In this document: positions 1 to 10,392 of the stretch, piece after piece | Layout: the number at the start of each line of letters is the position of its first letter | Numbering within the stretch: position 1 is the stretch's first letter | NCBI GenBank assembly: GCA_963708135.1 | Contig: OY970192.1 | Location: 1,184,001 to 1,248,000 of the forward strand | Direction: 5' to 3' | Source: an uncultured Gemmatimonadales bacterium | GTDB taxonomy: Bacteria; Gemmatimonadota; Gemmatimonadetes; Longimicrobiales; RSA9 | Length of the DNA: 64,000 nucleotides | The notes under the pieces: generated by a model | What the model was told of the DNA's origin: nothing | Seen by the model: the letters and a program-made list of their open reading frames with translations, nothing else | Database searches by the model: none | Program-made: the position numbers and the translations under genes

Positions 1-2
1 TT

Positions 3-833
3 AGGGAGGCCAGAGAGATACGCCCGATAGCCGTCGCCGGAAGATGGATTCGGCCGCGCCTGCAAGAATACGGCGAGCGCGTGTTCTTCGCGCCGACTCA
101 CGTAGCTCTTGACTTTATCGGTTATGCGCTCAGCGACATCGTGACCGTCGTTAGCCGCGGCAACTATGAAGAGCTCCTGCGCAGCTTTGGTTCTTTGAAG
201 CGGAGGTCCGTCGCAATCGTCCCAAATGGGGTGAGAGTCCAGAAGCCTCGCAATCCCGTTCGCGATGAGACGCTTGAAGCGCGCCGACGCGGCAAAGTCG
301 TGATCGCGTACGTTGGCGTGTTCAGATCTCGGAAACGCGTGCATACGCTGCTGCTGAGTATGCGTCAAATCGTGGCTACCTGCCCGGAAGCGCTCCTCCT
401 GCTTGTTGGTGGGGGGCGGGGCTACGAACGGGAACTGCACGCACTGGTTGATGAGCTTGGAATTTCCTCAAACGTTTACTTTGCTGGGCGTGTGCCACCC
501 GACCGCGTGCCGTATTACTTGTCTTGCGCTGACATCTTTTGTTTGCTTTCAGCGTATGAGGGGATGCCGCTTGCCATGCTCGAGGCGATGAACGAGGGAA
601 AGGTTGCCGTCGCCACTGACGGCTATGGTATGCGTGACGTCCTCTCGAAGCTCGATCCCGGCCTCTTGGTGCGAGTCAACGACGTAGAGGAGACGGCCAG
701 AGTGATCATAGACCTGATCCGGCACCCCCAGCGCCGCGAGTCGCTCGGGCACGCGGGGCGGCTTTACGTGCGCAGCCACCTGTCATGGGAGCGGGTGGCC
801 GAACAGTACCTCGCGTTGGCGGGCAAAGAATGA
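3..833 (+). CDS. Glycosyltransferase family 4 (5' truncated by window edge)
   Basis: Frame open from position 3; IVPNGV, YVG..RSRK and EGMPLAMLEAM (ExxxxxxxE) GT4 motifs; ATGA overlap with next gene. Confidence 0.85.
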   Translation, partial: REAREIRPIAVAGRWIRPRLQEYGERVFFAPTHVALDFIGYALSDIVTVVSRGNYEELLRSFGSLKRRSVAIVPNGVRVQKPRNPVRDETLEARRRGKVVIAYVGVFRSRKRVHTLLLSMRQIVATCPEALLLLVGGGRGYERELHALVDELGISSNVYFAGRVPPDRVPYYLSCADIFCLLSAYEGMPLAMLEAMNEGKVAVATDGYGMRDVLSKLDPGLLVRVNDVEETARVIIDLIRHPQRRESLGHAGRLYVRSHLSWERVAEQYLALAGKE

Positions 834-2026
834 AGCTTCTGTTGCTCCCGGGTTACCGATACCCCGCGTCGCTGAATGAGCCGATCACATGTGGAGACCT
901 ACGGTACAGCTTCAATTTGTCCCGGGCACTTGCCCGGCTGGGTGTTGAGGTGAACGTCCTGTCCCGAAAACGGCGCGGAGATCAGGACATCCAAGTGCTT
1001 GATGGCGTTACTATCGACCGGTATGAACCGGCCTTCCCGCACCTGTTCGCCACTAGCTTTGATATAAGTCCGGAGCGTGCTAGGCGCTTCAAAGAACTCG
1101 CTATGACGAGCGATCTAGTTATTGCAAACTCGCCACTGACGCTCGAGTTGACAGCCAAGCTAAGCTGCCCCCTCGTGTACGTTTGCAGCGGCTTGGAGGA
1201 TGTCCGAAACTATTCAGCTACGCTCCGTGAGGCCGGGCAATTGCTCGGGCTTAAGCTCTTGCGCGACCCAATGAAGCGCGCAACGTGGAGGCGCGCGGCT
1301 CGCGTCAACACCACTGCGGAACGGGAACGCCAGACCTTGGTTCGAATGGGCGTGCCCGCCCGGAAGATCAGCGCAATCGGTCCAGGCGTCGAATTGGAAC
1401 GCTACCAACCTGCCGGACCTGGAGAGGTGAATGGACTTGCCGCGGACCTCACCCAGGACCGTGCGGCTGGCGCCAAGATCGTGTTGTCCGTTTCTCGCTT
1501 CACGCCCGCCAAGGGACTGCTCGAAACGCTACAGGCGTTTGCGCGTTTGCTACAGAGGCGATCAGACGTCCTCCTCGTTCTTGTGGGAGTCCAGCATTCG
1601 CATCGAGCCAGCTACTACGACGAGGTGCGACGAGCGATCGCAGAGCTCAGCCTCGCGTTGAACGTGCTGATTCGCGAAGACGTCCCCGAGTGGGAACTGC
1701 CGCTGTACTATTCAGCGGCCGCCGTCACCACGGTGTTCTCCACCGGCTACGACCCTCTCCCAACCGTCATGATCGAAAGCATGAGTTGCGGCACACCGGT
1801 GGTCTCTAGCGACATTCCCACGCGGCTGCAGGTAATCGAGCCTGGTGTAACTGGGCTGATGATTCCACCGAGAGATACTCCGGGATGGGTCGAAGCTGTC
1901 GAGCGCCTCCTAAATGACGAGGCTTTCGCCGGGCAAATTGGGGAAGCGGGCCTGAGAAAGGTACGCGAGCAGTTCGATATGAACCACATCGCGCGACAGT
2001 ACCTCGACCTGTTCCGAGGCATATGA
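830..2026 (+). CDS. Glycosyltransferase family 4
   Basis: ATG at 830 overlaps upstream TGA; VSRFTPAKG and DPLPTVMIESMSCGTPVV motifs. Confidence 0.85.
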   Translation: MKLLLLPGYRYPASLNEPITCGDLRYSFNLSRALARLGVEVNVLSRKRRGDQDIQVLDGVTIDRYEPAFPHLFATSFDISPERARRFKELAMTSDLVIANSPLTLELTAKLSCPLVYVCSGLEDVRNYSATLREAGQLLGLKLLRDPMKRATWRRAARVNTTAERERQTLVRMGVPARKISAIGPGVELERYQPAGPGEVNGLAADLTQDRAAGAKIVLSVSRFTPAKGLLETLQAFARLLQRRSDVLLVLVGVQHSHRASYYDEVRRAIAELSLALNVLIREDVPEWELPLYYSAAAVTTVFSTGYDPLPTVMIESMSCGTPVVSSDIPTRLQVIEPGVTGLMIPPRDTPGWVEAVERLLNDEAFAGQIGEAGLRKVREQFDMNHIARQYLDLFRGI

Positions 2027-3237
2027 GCGATTTGCATCGTCCGGCAGCCGTCCCGTCCGTCCTCATTTGGGGAGGGTGGTACGGCAGCCGCAATATCGGG
2101 GATACTGCGATTTTGCTGGGCCTGAAGCAGTTGATCCAGCGCGTTAACGAAAGCCAGGAAGTCTATGTTCAGGTAATGTCAACCGACCCCGATTATACGT
2201 CAACGCACGGGGTGACGGGCAAGAAGGCATTGGTCAAGTCGGAGCTCTTTCAGCCGTGGGCTTGGCTGCGGGTGCTGGGTGCATTCGCCAGGCCGGATCT
2301 GGTTGTCGTGAGCGGCGGGACACCGTTCTTCGATTCGTCGCATGCGATCCGTACTCTCTACTTGTTGCTTCCGATTGTCTTCCGCGTGCCGTTCGTCATC
2401 TTTGGTGCAGGGGTCAAGCCTCTGCGCAGTTGGTACGGCCGCCGCTCCATCCCTTGGCTGCTTCGTCGTGCGGAATCCGTCAGCGTCCGAGACGAAGATT
2501 CCCAAAGAATCCTGGCGGATCTGGGGGTGCAAAGAGTTGCACTCACCGCAGATTCGGCCTTTTTTGCCAAACCGGCTGACCCAGACCTACTGGCCCCTTT
2601 ACTGGAGGCGTACGGCGTGCTGGAGGAGGATTCCCTGCTGGTCGTTGCTCCACGTGTCCTCTCCACCGACCGCAAGCGCCTCTACTTACAGGAGCAGATG
2701 ACGGAGGCCTTGATTCGAGACACACCCCTCTGTCTTGCGAGCGCAATCAATCGCCTGGCGGGCAAGTTCGACAGGATCCTGGTAATGGCTATGCACTTCC
2801 ACGGTCCGGATAGCGATGTGCCCCTCATTCAGGCAATTATGAGCCAGGTCAGTGCCCGCAATGTCCAGCTTGTAGATCGTGAACTCCGCCCGGAGATGGC
2901 TATCGCGCTGTTTCGGCGGGCTCGTTTGGTCCTCGGCGTCCGACTCCATGCCCTCCTCCTCGCCTCGTCCATGGGAACGCCAATCGTCGGCATCGCGTAC
3001 GAACAGAAGGTACGCAGCCTCTTTGAACGGCTCGAGTTGCAGGGGTGCTGTCTCGATCTCTTGACCCTCAATGAAGATCGTCTGGTCGCCGCCGCCGAAA
3101 TGGTACTCCGGGACGAGCGCCGGATCCGGGATCATCTGGACCGACGGGTGAGCGAGCTGCGCGCTCTGATTCTGGCGCAAGCGGCTGATTCGCTGCGCAT
3201 GAGACCGTATGCTACAGACGGTCAGCGTGACCAATAG
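2023..3237 (+). CDS. Polysaccharide pyruvyl transferase family protein (CsaB/WcaK-like)
   Basis: GWYGSRNIGDTAI, SGG, SVRD, GVRLHA, IAYEQK motifs typical of this family. Confidence 0.85.
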   Translation: MSDLHRPAAVPSVLIWGGWYGSRNIGDTAILLGLKQLIQRVNESQEVYVQVMSTDPDYTSTHGVTGKKALVKSELFQPWAWLRVLGAFARPDLVVVSGGTPFFDSSHAIRTLYLLLPIVFRVPFVIFGAGVKPLRSWYGRRSIPWLLRRAESVSVRDEDSQRILADLGVQRVALTADSAFFAKPADPDLLAPLLEAYGVLEEDSLLVVAPRVLSTDRKRLYLQEQMTEALIRDTPLCLASAINRLAGKFDRILVMAMHFHGPDSDVPLIQAIMSQVSARNVQLVDRELRPEMAIALFRRARLVLGVRLHALLLASSMGTPIVGIAYEQKVRSLFERLELQGCCLDLLTLNEDRLVAAAEMVLRDERRIRDHLDRRVSELRALILAQAADSLRMRPYATDGQRDQ

Positions 3238-4162
3238 CGCACGTCTCCGGTGGGCTCTTGGTGCCGCGGCGTATGGCCTGCTTGCGCTGTTCCTGGTTCG
3301 ATATTTCAGGGCGACTGACTGGCGCAAGCTGAGTTTGATCACCATTAGGCCGATCTACGTTCTTGCCGCAGTCCCGTTTTCGATTGGCGCCCGCCTGCTG
3401 CAGCCCTTCGCGTGGGCGGAACTGATACGGGACTACGGCGGGGACGTGCCGCCCTACCCGCAGGTAACCTCGATTTACGCAAAGAGTTGGCTCGGTAGAT
3501 ACATACCGGGAAAGCTCGCCTGGATTGGCGGAAAAGTGTTCTTGGGGCGTCGTGCCGGCGTGGATATCGGGGTGTTGACCGTTACGTCCGTGGCTGAGGC
3601 GGGACTTCAGTTCGTGACCGCGCTTGCCCTCTCTTTTCTGCTTTTTGCGGCTGCGGGCGAGTTAGGACGCCTGGGGAGGGGTATCCGCCTACTTGCATTC
3701 GTATCGCTTGCGGCAATGACAATCGTGCTCAGTCCGCCAATATTCAACCACGCGGTGGCTCGGCTGCGATATCTGTTGTCTAAGGAGCATGTCGCCAACG
3801 CCCCCCAGCTGTCATTATATTCCCTTTCTAAGGTCGGTCTGCTCTACATCACCATACATGGTACGAGCGCCATACCTCTGTTTTTCCTTGTCAAGACGAT
3901 CTACGCGCCCTTGGTGTTGGGAGATGTTCCCTACATCACGGCGAGCTTTCTCTTGGCCGGAACCCTGGGAACTCTCGCGGTCTTCGCGCCGAGTGGCTTG
4001 GGGGTTCGCGAGGGGATTCTTCTTGGCCTTCTTGCGGTGGTTCTCCCGAAGGAGGTCAGCCTGATCGCGGTTGTCTGCCTGCGCCTCTGGTCGGTGAGCA
4101 TGGACCTCCTCTTCTATTCAGTGGCGTCGCTTCTCGTCCGCGCGTTTCCCGTACGCGGATGA
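3209..4162 (+). CDS. Lysylphosphatidylglycerol synthase TM / flippase-like membrane protein
   Basis: Multiple TM helices; GRYIPGK and PSGLGVREG motifs. Confidence 0.75.
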   Translation: MLQTVSVTNSARLRWALGAAAYGLLALFLVRYFRATDWRKLSLITIRPIYVLAAVPFSIGARLLQPFAWAELIRDYGGDVPPYPQVTSIYAKSWLGRYIPGKLAWIGGKVFLGRRAGVDIGVLTVTSVAEAGLQFVTALALSFLLFAAAGELGRLGRGIRLLAFVSLAAMTIVLSPPIFNHAVARLRYLLSKEHVANAPQLSLYSLSKVGLLYITIHGTSAIPLFFLVKTIYAPLVLGDVPYITASFLLAGTLGTLAVFAPSGLGVREGILLGLLAVVLPKEVSLIAVVCLRLWSVSMDLLFYSVASLLVRAFPVRG

Positions 4163-4211
4163 GAACCTCCGAGCGGCTTCTAGCACGGACACGGCGCCCT
4201 GGAACCCCTTC

Positions 4212-5645
4212 GAGCTATTGTCAAATGTTGTGGATTGGGGTGATCAGGCGGCGCTCCTCCGCCCTTCTTGATCCTCCCTCTCTTGCATGATGCCGTCGGT
4301 GAACTGGACCTCCGCCCGAACGAGGGGGAGGAGGTGGGCGCCGTCGAGGCGCCGCCACCGCTGGCTGGCCATGTCCAGGAGCTTGTAGGCGAACACCAGC
4401 CCGCGCGTTCTCAGCCCGCTCCCTTCGTCACCCGCTGCCGGAGCCGCACGGTCGCGAAGGTGCTCTCCACCGGATTGGTGGTGCGCAGATGCTTCCAGTG
4501 TTCGGCCGGGAAGTCGAAGAAGGCCAGGAGCTGGTCCTGGTCGCGCACGAGGGACGCCACCGCCTTGGGGTACTTGGCGCCGTACTCTTCGCGGAAGCGC
4601 TCAATCTCCTCCTGGGCCGCCGCGCGGCTCTCCGCGTTCATGATCTCGCGCAGATGCGCTTTCGCTTTCGGCTGGAGCCGCTTGGGCAGCTTGTCCAGCA
4701 CGTTGGCCAGCCGGTGCACCCAGCAGCGCTGCTCCCGCGTGTCGGGCCAGACGTCGCGCGCGGCCGCCCAGAAGCCGAGCGCGCCATCCCCTACGGCCAG
4801 GACGGGAGGGCGCATGCCGCGCCTCGTCAGATCGCGCAGGAGCGCCGCCCAGCTCTCCGTCGATTCGCGGTAGCCGTCCTCGATGGCCACGAGCTCCTTG
4901 GTCCCGTCCGGGCGCACTCCGATCACGACGAGCGCACACAGGCGGTCCTCTTCCAGCCGGATCCGGAAATGCACCCCGTCCACCCAGACGTAGACGTAGT
5001 CTCGGTCCGAGAGATCGCGCCGCCGCCAGGCCCGGTACTCCTCCTCCCAAGCTCCAGTCAGGCGGCTGATGACGCTCGGCGACAGCCCCGCTGTGGCCTC
5101 CGCTCCGAGCAGCGCCCGCAGCGCCTCCTGAAAGTCCCCGGTCGAGAGCCCGCGCAAATAGAGCACCGGCAGCACCTCCGCCACCTTGGGACTGCGCCGC
5201 ATGTACGGCGGCAGGATCTCGCTCGTGAAGCGCTGGCGCGTCCCCTCCACCACCCGTCGGTCATTCACCCGCGGCGCGGCGACCTCCACCGTCCCGGCCC
5301 CGAGCGTCACGCGTCGCGGCCGCGCCTTCCCGTTGCGCACCACGAGCGCGTGTCCCGCCTCGTCCCGCTCGCCCCGGTAGCGCTCCACGTAGGCGGCCAC
5401 CTCCGCCTCCAGCGCCACCGCCAGCATCCGCCGCGCGCCCTCACGCGCGAGCTCGTCCAGCGTGAACTCCAGCCCCCCCGCTTGCTCCGCAGGGGCGTCC
5501 ATGAATAGCTTCAGCATGGGTGGCGTCTCCTTCCCCCCGCCGGCCAGCGGGGCTTCGCGTTTCGGTGAACGAACCAACGCGGAAGGATACGCCGCCTTTT
5601 TTCACCCCATCAAGTCACGCGATCCACAACTTCTGAAAATACCTC
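4212..5645 (-). mobile_element. IS256-family insertion sequence
   Basis: Imperfect terminal IRs GAGCTATTGTCAAATGTTGTGGATT (4212-4236) vs revcomp of 5621-5645 (20/25 match); 9-bp direct repeat AACCCCTTC at 4203-4211 and 5646-5654. Confidence 0.93.
4244..5517 (-). pseudogene. IS256 transposase, frameshifted near C-terminus
   Basis: VWVDG, VGDGALG, QRCWVH, RTTNPVES motifs; TGA at 4411 after KGAG, while the conserved tail GLVFAYKLLDMASQRWRRL continues in another frame to a stop at 4244. Confidence 0.8.
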
Positions 5646-5852
5646 AACCCCTTCCCTTGCGGGGTTAGGCCTTCGCGGTGATATTTCCTCTTTACCTGTA
5701 GGCCATTGGTCCCGCCGCTGGCGGCGGTTGCCGCTGCGACACTTTGCGCGCATCGGGTGGTCTGCGGTGTCCCCCTCACGGGGCAGGATTTCTTCACCTC
5801 CGTGGAGCGAGAAAAAGCGTCGGGCGCCGTCCCCTCTTCGGTGGCGTTCAGT

Positions 5853-6836
5853 ATGGCTAAGCTCATCATCCAGATTCCGTGCTACAATGAGGCAGAAGCG
5901 CTGCCGACGGCGTTGGCGGCCCTGCCGCGCTCCGTGCCGGGATTCGAAACCGTCGAATGGCTGGTGATCGACGACGGGAGCGTCGATGCTACCAGCGAGG
6001 TTGCTCACGGGCGCGGCGTTGACCACGTGGTCCGTCTACCGGGGCACCGTGGGCTGGCGGCCGCATTTATGGCGGGCCTCGACGCTTCTGTGCGCGCTGG
6101 GGCGGACGTCGTCGTGAATACCGACGCGGATAACCAGTATTGCGCCGAGGACATTCCCCGGCTCGTGCAACCAATCTTGGAGGGCAGAGCCGAGCTGGTG
6201 ATCGGCACGCGGCCGATATCCGAAATCCGCCACTTCTCCTGGGGTAAGCGCTCGCTTCAGCGCCTCGGCAGTGCCGTGACCCGGGTCGTAAGCGGCACCC
6301 GAGTGCAGGATGGCCCGAGCGGCTTCCGTGCCATGAGCCGCGAAGCAGCGTTGCGTCTGCATGTATTCAACTCTTACACGTACACCATCAAGACGATCAT
6401 CCAAGCTGGACGGAAGGGGATGCGCGTGACCTCCGTGCCGGTCCGGACGAACCCGCCGCTTCGCGCGTCCCGGCTGGTGCGCAGCAACGGGCGCTACATC
6501 GCCCGCCAGCTTCTCACAATGGTCCGAGTGTTTCTCACCTACAAGCCATTCCGGTTCTTTGCGCTACCAGGCGTATTCATCTTCGGTGCTGGGTTCATGA
6601 TTGGGCTCAGATTCCTATATCTGTACATCACAGAAGGTGGCACAGGCCATGTGCAATCGTTGATTCTAGCGGCACTGCTAATGGGGACCGGATTCTTTCT
6701 TGGAGTTGTTGGGCTCCTCGCTGACCTACTGGCCGTAAACCGTACCCTCCTCGAAGGGTTGGATTGGAGGGTAAAGAAGCTTGAAATGGAGGGCGGAAAT
6801 ATTCCCTCCGAGACAACGCGCCAGCCAGTCCCATAG
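5853..6836 (+). CDS. Glycosyltransferase family 2 (DPM1-like) with C-terminal TM helices
   Basis: IQIPCYNE, IDDGSVD, TDADNQY, DGPSGFRA motifs. Confidence 0.88.
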   Translation: MAKLIIQIPCYNEAEALPTALAALPRSVPGFETVEWLVIDDGSVDATSEVAHGRGVDHVVRLPGHRGLAAAFMAGLDASVRAGADVVVNTDADNQYCAEDIPRLVQPILEGRAELVIGTRPISEIRHFSWGKRSLQRLGSAVTRVVSGTRVQDGPSGFRAMSREAALRLHVFNSYTYTIKTIIQAGRKGMRVTSVPVRTNPPLRASRLVRSNGRYIARQLLTMVRVFLTYKPFRFFALPGVFIFGAGFMIGLRFLYLYITEGGTGHVQSLILAALLMGTGFFLGVVGLLADLLAVNRTLLEGLDWRVKKLEMEGGNIPSETTRQPVP

Positions 6837-6837
6837 G

Positions 6838-8151
6838 ATGATCCGTTCAGCCCCGCCGGCGCCAGCGCCATTGCCCGAAGGCGCGGGACAGGCGGCCGCC
6901 GGCCTACGAGTGCTCTGGATCACTTCGGCTTATCCGGCCAACGCGGAAGATCCGCGCGGGACGTTTATCCGGACCATGGCGCGATCTCTCGCGGCGGCCG
7001 GGGTGCGAATCACTGTGCTCGCACCCGCCGGCCCTCAAACCGTCGCGGAGGAAGACTGGGAGGGTGTCCACGTCGTTCGGGCGCGTTACTGGTTCAAGCG
7101 GCACCAACGATTGGCGGTCGGTGTCGGGGGTGTTGTTCCGAACCTGCGGAGCCAGCCCCTCCTGGCATTCCAGCTCCCGACGTTTGTTCTCAGCCTCTGC
7201 TGGAAAGCCTTGTGGCTGGCGCGCGGCGCGGATCTTGTGCACGCCCACTGGGTTTATCCGTCAGGCTTGGCGGCGTGCCTGGCTGGTTATTTCAACCGCA
7301 GGCCCTTTGTGGTAACCAGCCACGGTGGAGACCTGAATCTTGCCGACCGGGTTCCTCCGTTTCGTATCCTCTCGCGTGCGGTGGCGAAAGGAGCGGACGC
7401 ATGCGTCGCGGTGAGCCAGGCGTTGATTCAGAAGTTCGCCGCCTTGGGTGTGCCGCGTAGCCGCCTACATCTCATTCCGTGCGGTGTCGATGCTCCAGAG
7501 GATCTCCTTCCTCCGGATCGGCTTTCGAGAACGGCGGTCTACACCCGGCTCCGGTCATCAACCGAATTCCGAGTGCTTTATGTCGGGAGCCTGATCCCGA
7601 GGAAGTCAGTCGCCACGCTCCTCGAAGCCCACCGCCTGCTGCAAGCCCGCGGGCACTCCCTCCTCACCGTTATCGTTGGCACCGGACCGGCCGAGTCCGA
7701 GCTGCAGCAAGCGGCAAAGCTGGTAGGCCTGCGAGGCGTCTTCTTCGCCGGGCAACAAGAGCCCTCGTCGATCCCTTTCTGGATGAGGATGAGCGATGTT
7801 CTGGTGCTGCCCTCCAGGTCGGAGGGTAGGCCGGTCGTTGTACTTCAGGCCATGGCCAACCAGCTGCCGGTCGTGGCAAGCGATATCCCGGGTACCCGCG
7901 ATCTCGTTGAGGACGAGTCAACCGGCTTCCTCTTCCGCGCTGGCTCCGCGCCGGCGCTTGCCGAGGTGCTTGCCCGTCTTGAGCGCGCGCCGGACGTCCG
8001 CGCGCGTACCGCTGCAGCGGCTCTGGATCGTATTGTCGCGGAGGATCTGCTCTCAGACGGAATCGCCCGTCGCCACATGGCTCTCTATCAAGCCCTGATC
8101 ACGGGGCGTGGCACCGAAGCAGGCTCTGCGCAGAGCGAGGTGGAGCCTTGA
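6838..8151 (+). CDS. Glycosyltransferase family 4
   Basis: ITSAYP, HAHW, SHGGD, YVGSLIPRK, SEGRPVV motifs. Confidence 0.85.
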   Translation: MIRSAPPAPAPLPEGAGQAAAGLRVLWITSAYPANAEDPRGTFIRTMARSLAAAGVRITVLAPAGPQTVAEEDWEGVHVVRARYWFKRHQRLAVGVGGVVPNLRSQPLLAFQLPTFVLSLCWKALWLARGADLVHAHWVYPSGLAACLAGYFNRRPFVVTSHGGDLNLADRVPPFRILSRAVAKGADACVAVSQALIQKFAALGVPRSRLHLIPCGVDAPEDLLPPDRLSRTAVYTRLRSSTEFRVLYVGSLIPRKSVATLLEAHRLLQARGHSLLTVIVGTGPAESELQQAAKLVGLRGVFFAGQQEPSSIPFWMRMSDVLVLPSRSEGRPVVVLQAMANQLPVVASDIPGTRDLVEDESTGFLFRAGSAPALAEVLARLERAPDVRARTAAAALDRIVAEDLLSDGIARRHMALYQALITGRGTEAGSAQSEVEP

Positions 8152-10235
8152 GTTCAGTGTGGCGGCGTTTCGCTCTCTCCGACCCCCGAGCCGGAATTGG
8201 CCGCCTCATCGGGACGGCGGCGGTGGCCGCATGCGTCGTTGCGCACATTTTCGCGTCTCAGCATTATTACATGACGCTCACGGGCCCGTTGCTGGTCCTC
8301 GACCACGGGTTCGACCTGCTCGCGCCCCTCGCGCTGCTAGCCCTCGCGACCGGCGTCGGCGTATCCGCGCTTCGCATGGCGAGGATCCCGGTCGAGGGCG
8401 CCGCGGAGCGGCTCCTCTTCGCGACCGCCCTCGGCATCGGGATCACGGCGACGAGCCTCCTGGCCGTCCTCGCCGCGGCCGGTGTGAGTCCGGCCGGGAT
8501 CGTAACCACCCTCGTGGGCCTCGCCGTGCTCTGCCGGCGCGATCTGGCGTGCGTGCCCGCGCTCGCGAGCCGCACGGCGCGGGAGGTCCTCGCCGCATAT
8601 TCGGTTCGCGCCCGCTGGTTCATCGGTCTTCCGATCGCTGCCGCCAGTGCGGCGGTTCTCTCTCTCGCGCTACTGCCGCCGCTGGATTGGGACTCCCTGA
8701 CATATCACCTCGAGGTTCCCCGGCAGTGGCTCGCGCAGGGGCGAATCGAGCTACCCCCGGACAACCTCCATGCGGTCTTCGTCGGCGTTGCCCATTTTAT
8801 GGATCTCCCGCTCCTCGCCGCGGGCAGCATTGCAGGCCCGGCTGTGCTTAGTGCCCTCTCGGTTCTGCTACTCGCACTGGCCGTTTGGGTGGCAGCCCGG
8901 GAGCTGTTCGATCGAAAGGTCGCGACCTGGGCGGCGTTGCTGCTGTGGGGGAGCCCGATCCTGGTCGTGGTCGGCGGCAGCCCGCGAATCGACGCGACGC
9001 TGACGTTCTTTCTATTCCTCGCGCATTATGCTGCGCTCAAGGAGACCGCTCAGACTGCGCCCGGCAAGATGCTGCGGCTATCCGCTGCGCTCGTGGGATT
9101 CGGGGTCGGAATCAAGCTGCTGGCGCTGCCATTCGCGTTCACCCTGGCGCCGCTCATCGTCTGGCGCCTCGAATGGAACCGGCGCGGCTGGCGGGAGTCG
9201 GCTCGAGAGACGACGATCTACGCCCTGATCGCAGCGCTCGCGGCCGCGCCTTGCCTCCTCAAGAACGCGGTCCTTGTCGGAACGCCTTTTTATCCCTTAT
9301 CGTCCGGCGCCCGACTGGAACCCTGGCTGGCCGCCGTGGCCCCTCCCGGCGCCGGCGACTCGCTCGCACACGCCGCGGGAATGGTCGTTCGCGGCTACCG
9401 GCATCGCTTCAACATCCCTGATTTTTTCCTGCACCCTTGGCTCATCACGCCCGGTGGGGCTTTCTTCGGCAACCCGGCGTTCCTCCTGCTTCCCCTGGCT
9501 GCATTCGGCGCGTGGCGCCGTCGCGCTTTCTTCCTGGCGGGGCCGGCGCTGGTTTACATCGCGGGATTGCTCGCCTTCGGCTCGGGGTATACGAATCTCC
9601 GCTACCTCATGCCTGCCGTTCCGCAGCTCACCGTCGGCTCGGCGGCGGCCGTCCGGACCGGAGTGGCGCTCATCCCGTTCCGGCGGCTGCGCCCGTGGGC
9701 CGCGGTGCTGCCGGCCGCCCTGGCGGGGCTGGTAGCGCTTGCGCCGCTGTGGTTCGTGGCCGCGACCAGCGCGCTTCCGTTTGCGCTCGGCAGGGTCTCC
9801 CGGGCGGACGTCCTGGAGGGGCTCCCGGAGGTCGCCAACCTCTACCGTGCATCGACCTGGGCAAATCGGATGCTTCCGCGCCGTAGCCGGACGCTGATGC
9901 TCTTTGAGTCCCGCGCCTTCTATTTCCGACACGCCAACCTCGCGGATGGGCTGACACAGAACTGGAGCGTGCTGCGCACACTTGCGCAAGGACAGGACTG
10001 CTTTGGTGATCTCGGAATCACCAATATGCTCGTAAACACGGAAATGATCCAGTATTATGAGAGCCGCGGCGATGACTACTCGGCGGTCGGCTGGGGTGAG
10101 TTCCCGGCCTACGCGCGTCGCTGCCTGGTTCCGCTCTACCGTGCGGGCGGGATCACCCTCTACGCCATACGCGGCGCCAGCGCGGCTCCCACCGGAGAGC
10201 CGGCGGCGGCCGGGCGGGACGGCCCCCGCCCGTAA
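8148..10235 (+). CDS. Polytopic membrane protein, GT-C/PMT-like (ArnT/GT39-type) glycosyltransferase candidate
   Basis: Many TM helices; WDSLTYHL loop motif, GIK, NLRYLMP. Confidence 0.6.
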   Translation: MSSVWRRFALSDPRAGIGRLIGTAAVAACVVAHIFASQHYYMTLTGPLLVLDHGFDLLAPLALLALATGVGVSALRMARIPVEGAAERLLFATALGIGITATSLLAVLAAAGVSPAGIVTTLVGLAVLCRRDLACVPALASRTAREVLAAYSVRARWFIGLPIAAASAAVLSLALLPPLDWDSLTYHLEVPRQWLAQGRIELPPDNLHAVFVGVAHFMDLPLLAAGSIAGPAVLSALSVLLLALAVWVAARELFDRKVATWAALLLWGSPILVVVGGSPRIDATLTFFLFLAHYAALKETAQTAPGKMLRLSAALVGFGVGIKLLALPFAFTLAPLIVWRLEWNRRGWRESARETTIYALIAALAAAPCLLKNAVLVGTPFYPLSSGARLEPWLAAVAPPGAGDSLAHAAGMVVRGYRHRFNIPDFFLHPWLITPGGAFFGNPAFLLLPLAAFGAWRRRAFFLAGPALVYIAGLLAFGSGYTNLRYLMPAVPQLTVGSAAAVRTGVALIPFRRLRPWAAVLPAALAGLVALAPLWFVAATSALPFALGRVSRADVLEGLPEVANLYRASTWANRMLPRRSRTLMLFESRAFYFRHANLADGLTQNWSVLRTLAQGQDCFGDLGITNMLVNTEMIQYYESRGDDYSAVGWGEFPAYARRCLVPLYRAGGITLYAIRGASAAPTGEPAAAGRDGPRP

Positions 10236-10392
10236 CGTTCGGGGGGCGAGGTTCCCTGGGGGCCCCGACCGGCCCCGCGTTCCGTTCTCCCTTGTCCCGG
10301 GGCCCCCAATGGCCCATACTGTTCCTGGCTAATCCTTTCGCGGTCCTCCCCCGGGCAGGCCCGGGCCGCACTAACGACTCCCCAGAGGGGCA

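Noticed and set aside
5853..8151. Pseudogenisation of GT2/GT4 from substitutions at usually acidic positions (YTIKT, VVLQAM)
   Set aside because: ORFs are full length and single substitutions are within family variation; cannot be judged without an alignment
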